Source: Octopus bimaculoides (lineage: Eukaryota). Taken from it: a stretch of 64,000 bases of DNA. This document shows positions 51,861 through 63,768 of the stretch, in pieces. Below the pieces are notes generated by a model. It searched no databases. It was not told the origin of the DNA and was given only the letters and a program-made list of their open reading frames with translations. The position numbers were made by a program, and so were the translations under genes. The stretch covers positions 611,571-675,570 of the forward strand of contig NC_069006.1 of assembly GCF_001194135.2 (NCBI RefSeq). The letters run 5' to 3'. How positions within the stretch are numbered: position 1 is the stretch's first letter; the number at the start of each line of letters is the position of its first letter.

Positions 51861-52054
51861 ATCCTAGTAATTATGATAGTGATACCTTGCAGTAAGAGTT
51901 TAATTCGTTTCATGACATCGCTCGTTTGACGATTTACATGTTTTACAAATCAATTTTCCCCATTAAAATTAACTAAAATATAATTAATCCGTTCTAGCCC
52001 ACCAAAACCACCCCCAAAATAATTTTTTATGAGTTTTGAAACAGAAAAGGCATA

Positions 52055-52197
52055 ATAGTATGTTGTCAACTTAATGCAACTGTCTCATGAAAGGGAAGAA
52101 TGCTACTGCTATTTAACCCTAGGTGTTTCCTAGGGCTAAATAACAGTAGCATTCTTCCCTTTCATGGAACTGTCACATTAAGTTGACAACATACTAT
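52055..52197. repeat. Foldback inverted repeat: 69-bp arms, 5-nt loop
   Basis: 52055-52123 versus the reverse complement of 52129-52197 are identical except for one mismatched ~9-bp patch and two single substitutions. Confidence 0.95.
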
Positions 52198-52379
52198 CAC
52201 TTTATCGGGCTGCTACTGCATAAATCTCTCAGAGATTTAGAAATATATTATTTCTATTTTCAGAAAAGGTGCAGTTACAAATAAAATCACAATAAAAAAG
52301 AGAATGCAAAAGAAATATGTAAACTGTCTTTATTAACTGACTTACCTTAAAGATGGGACAATTCGTGCACAAAGAAGAC

Positions 52380-54444
52380 GATAGAGCAGGGAGGAGGAAG
52401 AGGATTACTGTTTGGAAGGAGAATCTCTTTCCATTAAAACTCCAGGAAGAACAGTTTCTGGTGTTTTCTCTCTCTCTTCACTTAATTTAGACTTTTGGGA
52501 CAGACTTCGCTTTTTACACTTTCAGGTTGTTTCATTAGAAACATATCAAGAGAAGTCTGCTTTTACCTGCCTTTCACAAAGTTACGAAAATATGCCGGAG
52601 CAGTGTCATTAAATAAAATAGCTACACAACGTGAAGATACTTTTTCCGGATGATATTTTTCTCCAAATTCAGAAACATCCTGTTACTTTGCCAACTCTGC
52701 CTTTGCGTCACTCGTAGAGATAACATTCTCTGCTACACTGTCCTCCTCCGGGGAACCAATCTCATACAAATGCTGCGGTTTATGATGTTGCAGGAGTTTA
52801 TCTGTCGTCATTTTCTCTGAGTGTTCCTCGACGAGATCGTTAGTGTCCCCATCGTCAACCTCGAGGCCCATAAACTTGCCATGAGACACTATCTCCTCGA
52901 CTGCAGGTGTCTCAGACTCAAACCCTTCGAAGTTTCTTTCGGATACGTAGTCAGACCACAATTTCCTCCATGCAGAATTCACCGTTCTCCTCGTTACACC
53001 CTGCCAGGCCATATCGATGGTTTTCAGGTAGTTGACAATGTTGTTGTGCTCCTTCCATAAATCACAAAGGGTTAGATTTGTATTTTCGGTGACTTCAAAG
53101 CACCGATGAAACAGGGGTTTAGTGTACAATATCTTAAAATTAGAAATCACCTGTTGGTCCATGGGCTGCAAGATAGGGGTGGTGTTGCGAGAAAGGTACA
53201 GACCTTTTATAAATTTAAATTTGTTCAGGATATCATCTTCGAGGTTAGGAGGGTTAGCAGGAGCATTGTCGAGGATGAGGAGGGCCTTGAGAGGAAGATT
53301 ATTCTACCGAAGATACTTTTTCACTGCTGGTCCGAAGACAAGGCTGACCCACTTGGAGAAGGATTGCCAGGTGACCCAGGCTTTAACGTTTGCCCTCCAC
53401 ATGATCTGCAGCTTCTCCTTCAGGATTTTGAGGGACTTGAACGCTCGAGGGGTTTCTGAATGGTAGACAAGGAGCTGCTTAATCTTTAAGTCTCCACTCA
53501 CATTGCCACAAAGGGCGAGAGTTAGCCTATCTTTCATCGGCTCGTGGCCTGGCATTTTCTTCTCTGCAGTTATGTAGGTTCTGTGCATTTTCCCCCCCAA
53601 AAGGCCAGTTTCATCACAGTTGAATACCTGTTGTGCGATGTACCCCTCGGCTGCGATGAGCTGACGGAATTCACACACGAAATCTTCAGCTGCCTTCGTG
53701 TCAGAACTCGCTGCTTCTTCATACCTGACGACGCTATGAATACCAGTCCTCTTCTTGAAATGATCAAACCAGCCGCGACTGGCCTTAATTGTGTCTGCTG
53801 GTGTCTCACGCCGGCGATGTTCCTGGGTTCTGCTTCAGGAGATCCCCCCCATATAGCGTTCGTACTTTCTCGCAGATGATGGTCTGCGTATCCCCTGCGA
53901 TTTGCTTCACTTTGATCCACAGTAGAAGTAATTTTTCCATCCTTTCGTGGACAGATGTGTGTTGCTTAGCTTGGAGACACCCTTTGCTGTTGTAACGGCC
54001 TTGATCTCGTCCCTTTTTCTTCCGGATGGTGCACACCGTAGACGTGCTTCGGTCGTATTGACGGGCTATGTCCACTACACGCAGTGCTCGCTCATGTTTA
54101 TTAAGGAATTCTATCTTCAATCCTTTGCACTAACCCTTCTTAGGACCTACGGCTAACACAATTATCATAAAATAATAGCAAAAAAATGGACAAAACTAAA
54201 CAAAAACTGGGAAAAACATAAGGATTCTGCCACAACGAGAGAAATACGTTAACTGAGGGGACGGAGACTGTACTTGTTGGGAGGGCGTGTGCGAGCTCAA
54301 CGCCGACTAGCGGTCGCTTGTATGAAACTCGTTCGTACTGCGGATTTCCGCTCGTACTTCAAGACAAAAATTCGCACGAGCCTCGGCTCTTACAGTAAAT
54401 TACTCGTATAATGGTGCACTCGTACAGCGAGATTTCCGCTTCTA
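52380..54444 (-). mobile_element. Decayed Tigger/pogo (TIGD1-like) transposon: CENP-B-type HTH plus DDE transposase pseudogene
   Basis: Frameshifted pieces: KIEFLNKHER..DIARQYDRSTSTVCTI, MEKLLLLWIK, QQVFNCDETGL, MKDRLTLALCGNVSGD, WRANVKAW, QPMDQQVISNFK, SAWRKLW, FRNFVKGR*KQTSLDMFL; 5' terminal region with repeated ctcgta motifs at 54320-54444. Confidence 0.92.
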
Positions 54445-55299
54445 CTTTAGAGGCGGAAAACTTTAATGAATTCAAGAGCTCATGTCGTATGCTATTTGAT
54501 AGACTTGCATTTGTCTGTTTTCAAATGCAGGTCACGAGTCACTCTCAGTTGTTTCCCTAAGCTCGTTTGTGTTTAATACATTGGTACTCTTCGTATTACG
54601 TAATAACTCTATTAGCATCAGAGAGAGAGAGTTCAATGGGGATACGAACAAGAGCCGCAACAAATACAATAGTTATTTTGTGCATCTAGCGCTTCTATTT
54701 CTACTACTACTACTACTATTACTACTACTACTACTACACACACGTATCATTACTCTCTAAATTCTCAAGACGGTCAGTGGCGTGAAACTGAGTAAAAGTT
54801 TCTGAAGTCTTTACAGTTCCAATAAACCCTTGCTTTTCTCTTGCTGTGGTATTCTTTCCACCTTGTTTTTCACCTGTGTGCGTATACATGAATATATTAC
54901 ATACACACAAATGTATATAGTGAGAGAGACAGAAACAAACACACAAAGTTAGAGGGAAAGAGAGAGAGAGGGAGAAAAAGAGAGATACAGTCAGACAGAC
55001 AGATGGATAGATAGGTTTAAATTATACTTATATAATTATATACTCCGGAATTGTACTTGTTGGAAAATGGCTAACAACTAAGTGGTAGGCAAACATTTGT
55101 TACAAAGCTTATTGTTAGAATTTAAAGAAAAAGGTTATAGAGTTATACCAGAATTCCCTATCTGTCTGTCTGCATTATTCACAATGGGTATTTCGTTCGG
55201 CAGCTAATCGAGCCGTTTACGTCAATAGCACTAACTCTTGGAGAATGGAAAGGGCACGGAATCGGGATTTTGTTTATTTTTATTTTTCCTTCATATTAT

Positions 55300-55512
55300 C
55301 ACTATTAGTAGAATCGTTAAGGACCCCGGGCGAAATGCTTCGCGGTATTTCGTCCGTCTTTACGTGCTGCGATCAAATTCCACCGAGGTCGACTTTGCCT
55401 TTTATCCTTTCGAGGTCGATAAAAGAAGGACCACTTGAATACTGGGTCTATGTAATCGACTATTCCCCTCTCTACAAATTCCAGGCCCTATGTCTTCAGT
55501 AGAAAGGATTGT
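55300..55512 (+). mobile_element. SINE family A copy
   Basis: agaatcgttaagg..gcgaaatgcttcgcggtatttcgtccgtctttacg..ccaggccctatgtcttcagtagaaaggatt. Confidence 0.9.
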
Positions 55513-55984
55513 TATTATTATTATTGATATTATTATTATTATCATCATTATTACTAATATTCGAATTCCTGATCGCTTGAGAATAAAATACTGACCTCGT
55601 TTAATACTGACTCATTCATCACTGATCCATGGTTACACAGTATGCTTACCACGAAGTCATCCGTGATAACATGGGACAACAATTAGTCACAGATTCTGCT
55701 TGGACCGTAACCGCACCCTCCCCTCATCCACTATGCTCAGGACAATTTGTGGTCTCGGAACGAAACTTCTTTTTCTCATATGTTCAATCCTCTGTTTTAA
55801 CACTGATTCATTTAACACGTTACCAGTGATAAATGAGGATAGATGTATTAACTAAGTGGGAAACAGTTTTGGTCCATTTGGCCTTTGTAATGAAATACAA
55901 CTGTTAATTTATCTGGGATGTAAGGGGCACCCTAGCAGTGTCTTACATCTGGCACGCAGTTTGTATAAAATATAGATATGCATT

Positions 55985-56345
55985 TTTTCGTTTACTTGTT
56001 TCAGTCATTAGACTGCGGCCATGCTGGGGCATCACCTTGAATTTTGAGTCGAACGAATCTACCCGAGTACTTCTTTTAAAGCCGGGTACTTATTCCATCG
56101 CTTTTCTTTTGCCGAACTGCTAGTTACGTAAAAACACCAACACTTGTTGTCAAGCGGTGGTAGGGACACGCACGCACGCACACGCACACACACACACACA
56201 CACATATATATATACGACTGTCTTTCAGTTTCCGTCTTCCAAATTTACTCACTAGACATTCGCTCAATGTGCCACGCAGTGGGACAGAACCCGGAACCAC
56301 TGGGTTGAAAAGCAAGTTTCTTACCAGACTGCTACGCCTGCGCCA
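55985..56345 (-). mobile_element. SINE family C copy, near full length
   Basis: tacttgtttcagtcattagactgcggccatgctgg..tctttcagtttccgtc..gtgccacgcagtgggac..ctgctacgcctgcgcc. Confidence 0.9.
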
Positions 56346-56691
56346 GTAGTAATTCAAATAAAACAATCTGACTCGATCTGAGACATGCTGAAACTAAAAC
56401 CATTTACATCATGAAAGAGTCATTTCAACCATTTACAATACACACTTGTATTGTTTATATCGTAACTTGTTTTGTTTTCTTTGTGTACAATGAAAGTGTT
56501 AACTTGTCAGAGACGTTCGTTATGAATAGCTGACCCTGTCGACCTTCACTTTTGGTACAAAACAGAAGTGACGTAAAGAATGCAAGCAACGTAAGCAGCC
56601 GACAACTCGTGTTGCATCGTTTGGTAAACTCTTGTTTAAACTTTCCAATCTATTTACCAATCATTATCTCAGAAAAATTATTAAAGAATCC

Positions 56692-56830
56692 CAAAGAGGT
56701 TATGGTGTAGCACTCATGACCGTAAGATCGCGGTTTCAATTCCCGGACCGGGCTTCGTGGTGTGTTCTTGAGCAAAACACTTCATTTCAAGTTGCTCCTG
56801 TCCACTCAGCTGTAAATGAGCAGCTCTGAG
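56692..56830 (+). mobile_element. SINE family B head
   Basis: atgaccgtaagatcgcggtttcaattcccggaccg..gtgttcttgagcaaaacacttcatttca.gttgctcc.gtccactcagctg. Confidence 0.8.
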
Positions 56831-57059
56831 ACGGAGTGGCATTCCGCCCAGAAGAAGTATTGTGATCTCGGTCACTTACAAGCCGTGAGGATCGGGTAAC
56901 CGGCGCTGTGAGTCCTGGTACTCGAGACAATGTCCAGAGGTGGATGATGATGAAGATAACCACAAAATATTAAAAGACTCTTAAAAAAAAAAAAAGAAAG
57001 AAACCCTTCCTGAGTCATATAGACTCCCAATTTTTGTGGCGTATATATTCCTCCCATAT

Positions 57060-57225
57060 CTGGATGGGACGCTTGTTCGCCGTAGGGTTACCCATTTATG
57101 CCAGCTGAGTGGATTGGAGTAACGTGAAATGAAGTGTTTTACACAAGGCATCACTCGCTCCAGGAATCGAAACCACGATCTTGCGGTCGCGAGTCCAACA
57201 CCCTCATAACTAAGCCAGGTGAAAT
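57060..57225 (-). mobile_element. SINE family B head, inverted relative to 56692-56830
   Basis: cagctgagtggattggagtaacgtgaaatgaagtgtttt..ggaatcgaaaccacgatcttgcggtcgcgagtccaacaccc. Confidence 0.8.
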
Positions 57226-57578
57226 TCACGTGAGAAGAAGAAATGAGGCTGGTAACAAAATGAACAGACTTTAGTCGCGGGACGTGGGAAATAGACGAAC
57301 GGAGATACCAAAAATTTCAAAAACGGGAAGGAATTTAAAGTTAATACAATTATGAACCGCAAAAAGAAAAAAAATCCTGTTGGCGGAGGTAAAGAATATG
57401 TACACCACCCGTTTTCGGCCAAATAAAACCCCTAAGCCTAAACACCGGGTGGACGTATTCTTTACTTTCGCCATTCTCTTTCCTGGGACTCAAGACCACA
57501 GTATCAGGAGAATTTTATCAGTCAAACGGAATAAAAAAATTAATACATCGAGTTAGAATATATATATATATATATATG

Positions 57579-57634
<56 letters not shown>

Positions 57635-57898
57635 TATATAGATATATATACATAAAACCAAAGCTCTATTCTTTTGAATTATTATATGTAGTGGACATCG
57701 AGGGGTTTGTGCAAATTCAAAGTATTTCGATCGGTTGGATGACTGACCAGGTCACTAACTCACTTCCGGGTTAGCGAGGCGTGACACCATTTCCGAGCCA
57801 TTTATTTATCATATAAATAGATATGCAACTATTAATACACAAAACAGAACTACATATTATAACCGCAATGAGTGTATATGTGTAACCGCAATGAGAGA

Positions 57899-57943
<45 letters not shown>

Positions 57944-58206
57944 TGAGAGTGTGTGTGTGTTTTAAATGTATGTAGTTACTCTACCATTATGGAAATTGTT
58001 CAAATTTCGTGGTCATAGTTCAAATCATTCGTCACACGATGACAACTCTGTCACTAACACAGAGAGAGAGAGAGAGCATGAGTAAGGTATAGGAACACGC
58101 TCAAAAGACTCCCTCAGAAAAAAGAAAAAAACTGCACTGAATCGTAATGAATGTGGGTTAACTTGCTATGTATAGCACAAAGAAATATGACTTAAGCAGC
58201 CTGGAT

Positions 58207-58382
58207 CAGTGCCGTCTGAAGTCATAGGTTCACAGGGCAAGTTCATCCACAAGCCTCACAAGTGCACGGGCCCAATTAGGATCTATGTATGCTACGGCTT
58301 GCCGTCAAATGAACATACACTATCGGGCCCACTGGATTGATTTGCCCCGATAGGCGCCTCACATGTTGCTGAGATGGCCCTA
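58207..58382. mobile_element. hAT-type MITE (176 bp) with 11-bp TIRs and a degenerate 8-bp TSD
   Basis: gcctggat|CAGTGCCGTCT ... AGATGGCCCTA|atctggat; TIRs are near the CAGGGCCGTCT type, and the flanks match at 6 of 8 positions. Confidence 0.65.
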
Positions 58383-59467
58383 ATCTGGATCACCTGAAAG
58401 AACTTAGAGCAAAAACAAAGTCCTGAATTAACATGCCAGCCGTTTTGCATAATAATTCTGTTTCGTCCAATCTGTCTGTAAATCGTTGGCTAAAATCTCA
58501 CAAGAGACACAGACATCAGAAGTAAACTAAGACAAAAGGAAAACAAAATTTGTTTGACCGCCACACGTTCAAACCAACAGAAGAATTCATTATACATATG
58601 TGTGTGTGTGTGTCAGTGTGTATATGTATAATATAAGTACACACGTTTGTCTGTATGTGTGCGTCGATAATATATATAATAAATGCGAATGTCAGTGTGT
58701 CACACTTTTTCAGCTTTACTTCTAGAGGCCGCAGCCTAACATATCATTCCATTTTGTAATCAGGCCAACTCTGAGAGTAAATTAAAAACATTCCGGGCCG
58801 AATCCGAACCCGCAATCCTAAAATTTTGGATTCCCAAGTTTTCATTACTGTGATTGTTTTCGGCGATTTTTTTTTTTTTTTGGCGACGAATATGACCATC
58901 TTTGGGNNNNNNNNNNAGGAAGCAATTGCAACAATTCTCCGAAAAAAAATCAGATCTGTTTGCAGATCTTCCCATTCGGGGTCAGAAGCTTCATGGAAGA
59001 AAAAGAAAATGATTTTGAAGTTAATAAGAGTTTATTTATTATCAGCAACAAATCGATCATTATCCCTTACAGCTGCTTTAATTATGCACAGTGAAATTAA
59101 TTAAATATTATGTTCATATTTCTGAGCATAATCTCTTCAGAGGGGGGAGGGAATATACCCATGAGATGTTTTGTATGTTTGTTTGTAGATTCATCACAGC
59201 GGATGGACCTCTTAAAGGGATAGTTTTATCCCAGTTACACTGGTTTAATATATTATATTTTAAAGAGATATTTCTAAAATAATTTATAATATTTGATATC
59301 TTTATATATTTTAGGAAATGGAGAGATTTAATGGATATAAATAAATAAATTAATTAATTAACATTGTCTATAATTGTTTCAACTTACATTCAATACAAAT
59401 CACAAAACAAAATAAGTTTGCATTTTGAAGTTGAGTGAAATATCTTCACTCAGCTGTGGCTGTGTAG

Positions 59468-59740
59468 TCGGTATGAGATGGCTTGGACGTGTTAGTCGTA
59501 TGGAAGATGGCAGAATCCCCAAGGACATACTCTACGGAGAGCTTGCTAGGGACACTAGGTCTGTGGGAAGACCGTTGTTACGATACAAGGATGTTTGCAA
59601 AAGGGACATGAAGGCCTGCGACATCAATATTAGCAACTGGGAAGCGGTTGCCAGCAACCGTGGAGATTGGCAACGCACCGTAAAAGAGGGAACACAAAGG
59701 AGTGAGAGAGGAGAAATGGAAAAAACAAGAAACCACGACA
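59468..59740 (+). mobile_element. RTE (BovB-like) LINE ORF C-terminal fragment
   Basis: MRWLGRVSRMEDGRIPKDILYGELARDTRSVGRPLLRYKDVCKRDMKACDINISNWEAVASNRGDWQRTV matches the RTE signature LRWLGHVxRMxDxRIPKxILYGEL..GRPxxRYKD. Confidence 0.9.
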
Positions 59741-60098
59741 TTCCACCAGCAGTCAGGCAGAGTGTTCGCTACATTTGCGACCCCTGCCAGACGGAGTGTA
59801 TGTATACATGTATATATATTTATATAAGCATACATACGTATGTATATATACGTGTGTGTGTGTGTGTGTATAGATATATATAATCCAATAGACATATATA
59901 TGCATAAGCATATATACGTGTGTAAGCATAAAAGAAATGTCGTTTATTCATAAAATTTTCAATTTATTTTTCTGTTTATTTTCTATCATTACTTACACGG
60001 TCTATGCTTTATTTCCATATTTTCATTTTTTGATTTAAGATACAATTGCAGCGCGGAAGGTGTTTATAAGCCATGAATTTTAAGTATTGAATAAAGAA

Positions 60099-60870
60099 AG
60101 GGGAGGGGTAAATGAGCAAATGGGGCAAAATGAGTAATTTAAAACTTCTTATTTTCCCCCTAGTTCTTTGTAATCATTACATTGCGAGTACTGCATCATC
60201 TTTGACAGTAAAAATTGGTCAGCATAGGTTGTTGCTATTGAACTAAAGAGAGTTTCGAATATAGTCAGATCACACTTTTGCTTTCAACAAACTTTTCCGA
60301 CAATTGCACTCGATTGTCACTCAAGTTGCTGATAAAATATCAATAATTTTTGCTACTTAAACAAAATTCTTTTCTCTCTCGGATTCCAAGTCCATTTTTT
60401 TCACAATACTGATATCTAATTTGTTAATCTTCAATTTTCAAAAAGAGAAAAAAAAAAAATGTCGAAAATGAGGTAAAACGAATAATAATTNNNNNNNNNN
60501 AATTTGTTAATCTTCAATTTTCAAAAAGAGAAAAAAAAAATGTCGAAAATGAGGTAAAACGAATAATAATTAATTTCAATAATTTCTTCTCTTTAATTGC
60601 ACGGTGCATAAATATATGAAGGAGAGAGCCATTCCAGCAGATGATGATGAAGCTACAAAGAATATTTTACGTTAATTTCATATCATGTGCCATTTTTCCA
60701 TGATCCTCTTTCATTTGACTTAGATATTGTAAAATTTTGGTGCATTTTTGATCTTTCTGATGCCGAAGGATGGATATTTAGGTGTAAAAGTCTTTTCCCA
60801 AATGTAATTTTGGAGAATTAAAAAAACAAATTTACTTTATCTTGTCTTACTCATTTTGCCCCTCCACCCT
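60099..60870. mobile_element. Putative ~770-bp non-autonomous TIR element
   Basis: Perfect 16-bp inverted repeat GGGGCAAAATGAGTAA (60122-60137) / TTACTCATTTTGCCCC (60847-60862); the superfamily is not assignable. Confidence 0.55.
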
Positions 60871-61065
60871 AAATCTACCTTTTGTATGCTCTAAGAGAAC
60901 GGAGCTAATTTTCTGAAATAGAATTCTGAGTAAGTTATAGTGTTTTTAAAGCATTTAGAAAAGGCCACTTGTTTAGCTGATATAGTTTTTTGTAAAGTAG
61001 TGAACAATTGTAAAAAACATATATTCCCCTCAAAGTCAATAACTTAATAAATATTTCTTGAAAGC

Positions 61066-61854
61066 GTTGATAAAAATTGAAAGTAAAAGATAGAAATGTG
61101 CTAAATTTAATCATTTATGGAAGGGTGGTCACCGACTTTCGGATCAACCACCTGCTAAATTTTGCTCACGTTTTAAATATATAATTATACATTTTTTTTT
61201 TTTTTGATAAAGAAACAATTTTCCAACAAAAGAATGAATGCAATATATAACCAATAATTAAACTAAAAGCATGGTACTTACCGTTTTAGAAATATCTTCT
61301 TACAGAGTAATTATCCCGAGGTAAAAATACGTTGTTAGAGAGAGACAAGACATAAGATCTAGCGCAGACGATAAAATGTTTCAAGGTGGTTTCTTCCTTT
61401 CCGTACGGGTAAAAGAGGAAGGCCGGAAATACCCGAAACTTCTTCGAGAATAAAGTTATAAATTGTTTGCCAATCTTATTAACATAATCATAATTTATAC
61501 TCTCGAAAAGGTATCTCGGGAAAGTTTCATTAAAAAGTACAAGTATTCGTTAAAAAAATGTCCCGTGAGCCTTCAATAAGAATTTAGCTTTTGATTTTTT
61601 TCTCTCCATATAATTGTAATTTTAAATCATTTAAAATATATATCTGGTCAATTTGATCGAAAAAGGTACATTTTTAAGAAACTCAGTGGATGTGGGCACG
61701 GTTCCTAGTTATGCTCTATTAATTAGTTATCGTAATTTTAACAATATTCATTTAATTTTATTGGCTTCCTAAAATGCTTCAAAGGATTTTAACCATTTAA
61801 ATACATTTATATCTATCTATTTATCTCTCTCTCTCTCTCTCTAAATATATATAT

Positions 61855-61908
<54 letters not shown>

Positions 61909-63768
61909 GTATGTATGTTGTAACGAATACTTAAAGATGTATTAAAAACTTTTCTTTGTCTTTTTATCATTTGGTATATAATTTTAACTCTTTACTCCTT
62001 TATTTGTTTTTCATTTGACTGTGGCCTTGCTGGGGCACCGCCTTTAGTCGAGCAAATCGACGCCAGGACTTAATCTATCGATCTCTTTTGCCGAACCGCT
62101 AAGTTACGGGGACGTAAACACACCAGCATCGGTTGTCAAGGTTTATTTGACACTTCCTGACTTCGTATTCGTTTTTCGGTGGAATCATTTCAAGACATTG
62201 ACGTTTACCTGCCACCCAACAGACTGAAATTTTGGCTTAATTTTCTCCTATCACCTTCTCAACACCTTTTCAGTTTTTAAATCCGTAATATATTGTATAA
62301 CTACAGCAAAGTGCTGAATTTTAAGTATTGAATAAAGAATGGGGAGGGGTAAATGGGGCAAAATGAGTAATTTCAAACTATATTTGTTTCCTTGAAACTT
62401 TCTGGAAAATGGATAATTTTTTTAATGAAATTTTCTACAAAAGATACGTTACAAATGATGTAGATTACAATTATATCGGAATTTGTTGTATATAAAATAT
62501 ATATATATATATATTTATTAAATTCAAATTACGATGAACGTAAACAAAGAAACGAAGTTTGCTTTTAGAAGCGTTGAGATGTCTTAGAAAGTTAAAGAAG
62601 TGATTTTAAATTCACAATCGCAGGATAATGCTAATAATATAGACTGAAGAGCATAAACTACCCCTATTTTGCAGAAAAAAGTGTAGGCGGTCAGCTATAT
62701 ATATATATATAAATATAGATCGTATAACTACCGAAGCGTGACACCCACCGACTTTTGTTTCCCCTCATCTTTCTTAAAAATGAATATTCTTTAATGAAAT
62801 TGTTGCAGAGATACATTTTCAAGGTTTTAGATAACAACTGTGTTGATAAAAATTGGAAGTAAAAGATAGAAATGTGCTAAAGTTAATCATTTATCGAAGA
62901 GTGGTCACCGACTTTCGGATCAACCACCTGCGAAATTTTGCTCACGTTTTAAATATATAATTAGACATTTTTCTTGATAAAGAAACAATTTGCAAACAAA
63001 ATAATTCAATGAAATATAGAACCAATAATTAAAATAATAGCATGGTACTCACCGTTTTAGAAATATTTCTGAGTATTATCCTGAGGAAACAATAAAGACG
63101 ATAAATAAGATCGAGCGCAGACGATAAAATGTTTTCAAGGTGGCTTCTTCCTTTCCGGAAGAACGGCGGAAATACCCGAAACTTCTTCGAGATTAAAATT
63201 ATAAATTGTTTGCTAATCTTAATAACATAATCATAATCTATATTTTTAAATGGTATCATTTGACTGAAGAACATAAACTACCCCTATTTTGCAGAAAAAA
63301 TTTTAGGCGGTCAGCTATATATAGATATAGATCGTATAACTACCGAAGCGTGACACCCACCGACTTTTGTTTCCCCTCATTTTTAAAGAATATTCATTTT
63401 TGAGAAAAATGAATATTCTTTAATGAAATTGTTTCAGAGATATATTTCCAAGGTTTTAGATAACAACTGTGTTGATCATTTAAAACATATATCTGGTGAA
63501 TTTGATCGAAAAAGGTGCATTTTTAAGAAACTTGTGGATGTGGGCACGGTTCCCTAGTTATGCTCTATTAATTAATTATCGTAATTTTAACTACATTCAT
63601 TTTATTTTATTACTAAAATGCTTCAAAGGATTTTAACCATTTACATACATTTCTCTCCCTGTCTCTGTCTCTCTCTCTCTATATATATATATATACATAT
63701 GCATATTGTAACGAATCATTAAAGATGTGTTAAAGACTTTTCTTTGTCTTTTTATCATTTGGTATATA
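61066..63768. repeat. Mosaic local duplication: A1 61066-61495 / 62842-63240; A2 61626-61980 / 63476-63768; B 62638-62850 / 63258-63478
   Basis: Long shared blocks such as ggtggtcaccgactttcggatcaaccacctgc, gatgtgggcacggttcc and taactaccgaagcgtgacacccaccgac, with many substitutions between copies. Confidence 0.9.
61985..62140 (-). mobile_element. SINE family C tail half
   Basis: tcatttgactgtggccttgctggggcaccgcc..gccgaaccgctaagttacggggacgtaaacacaccagcatcggttgtcaag. Confidence 0.85.

Noticed and set aside
53106-54156. Plus-strand ORFs of 69-117 aa over 53.1-54.2 kb
   Set aside because: They are antisense shadows of the minus-strand Tigger transposase.
60419-60572. ~72-bp direct duplication around 60491-60500
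   Set aside because: It flanks a 10-N gap and differs only in poly(A) length; probably an assembly artefact.
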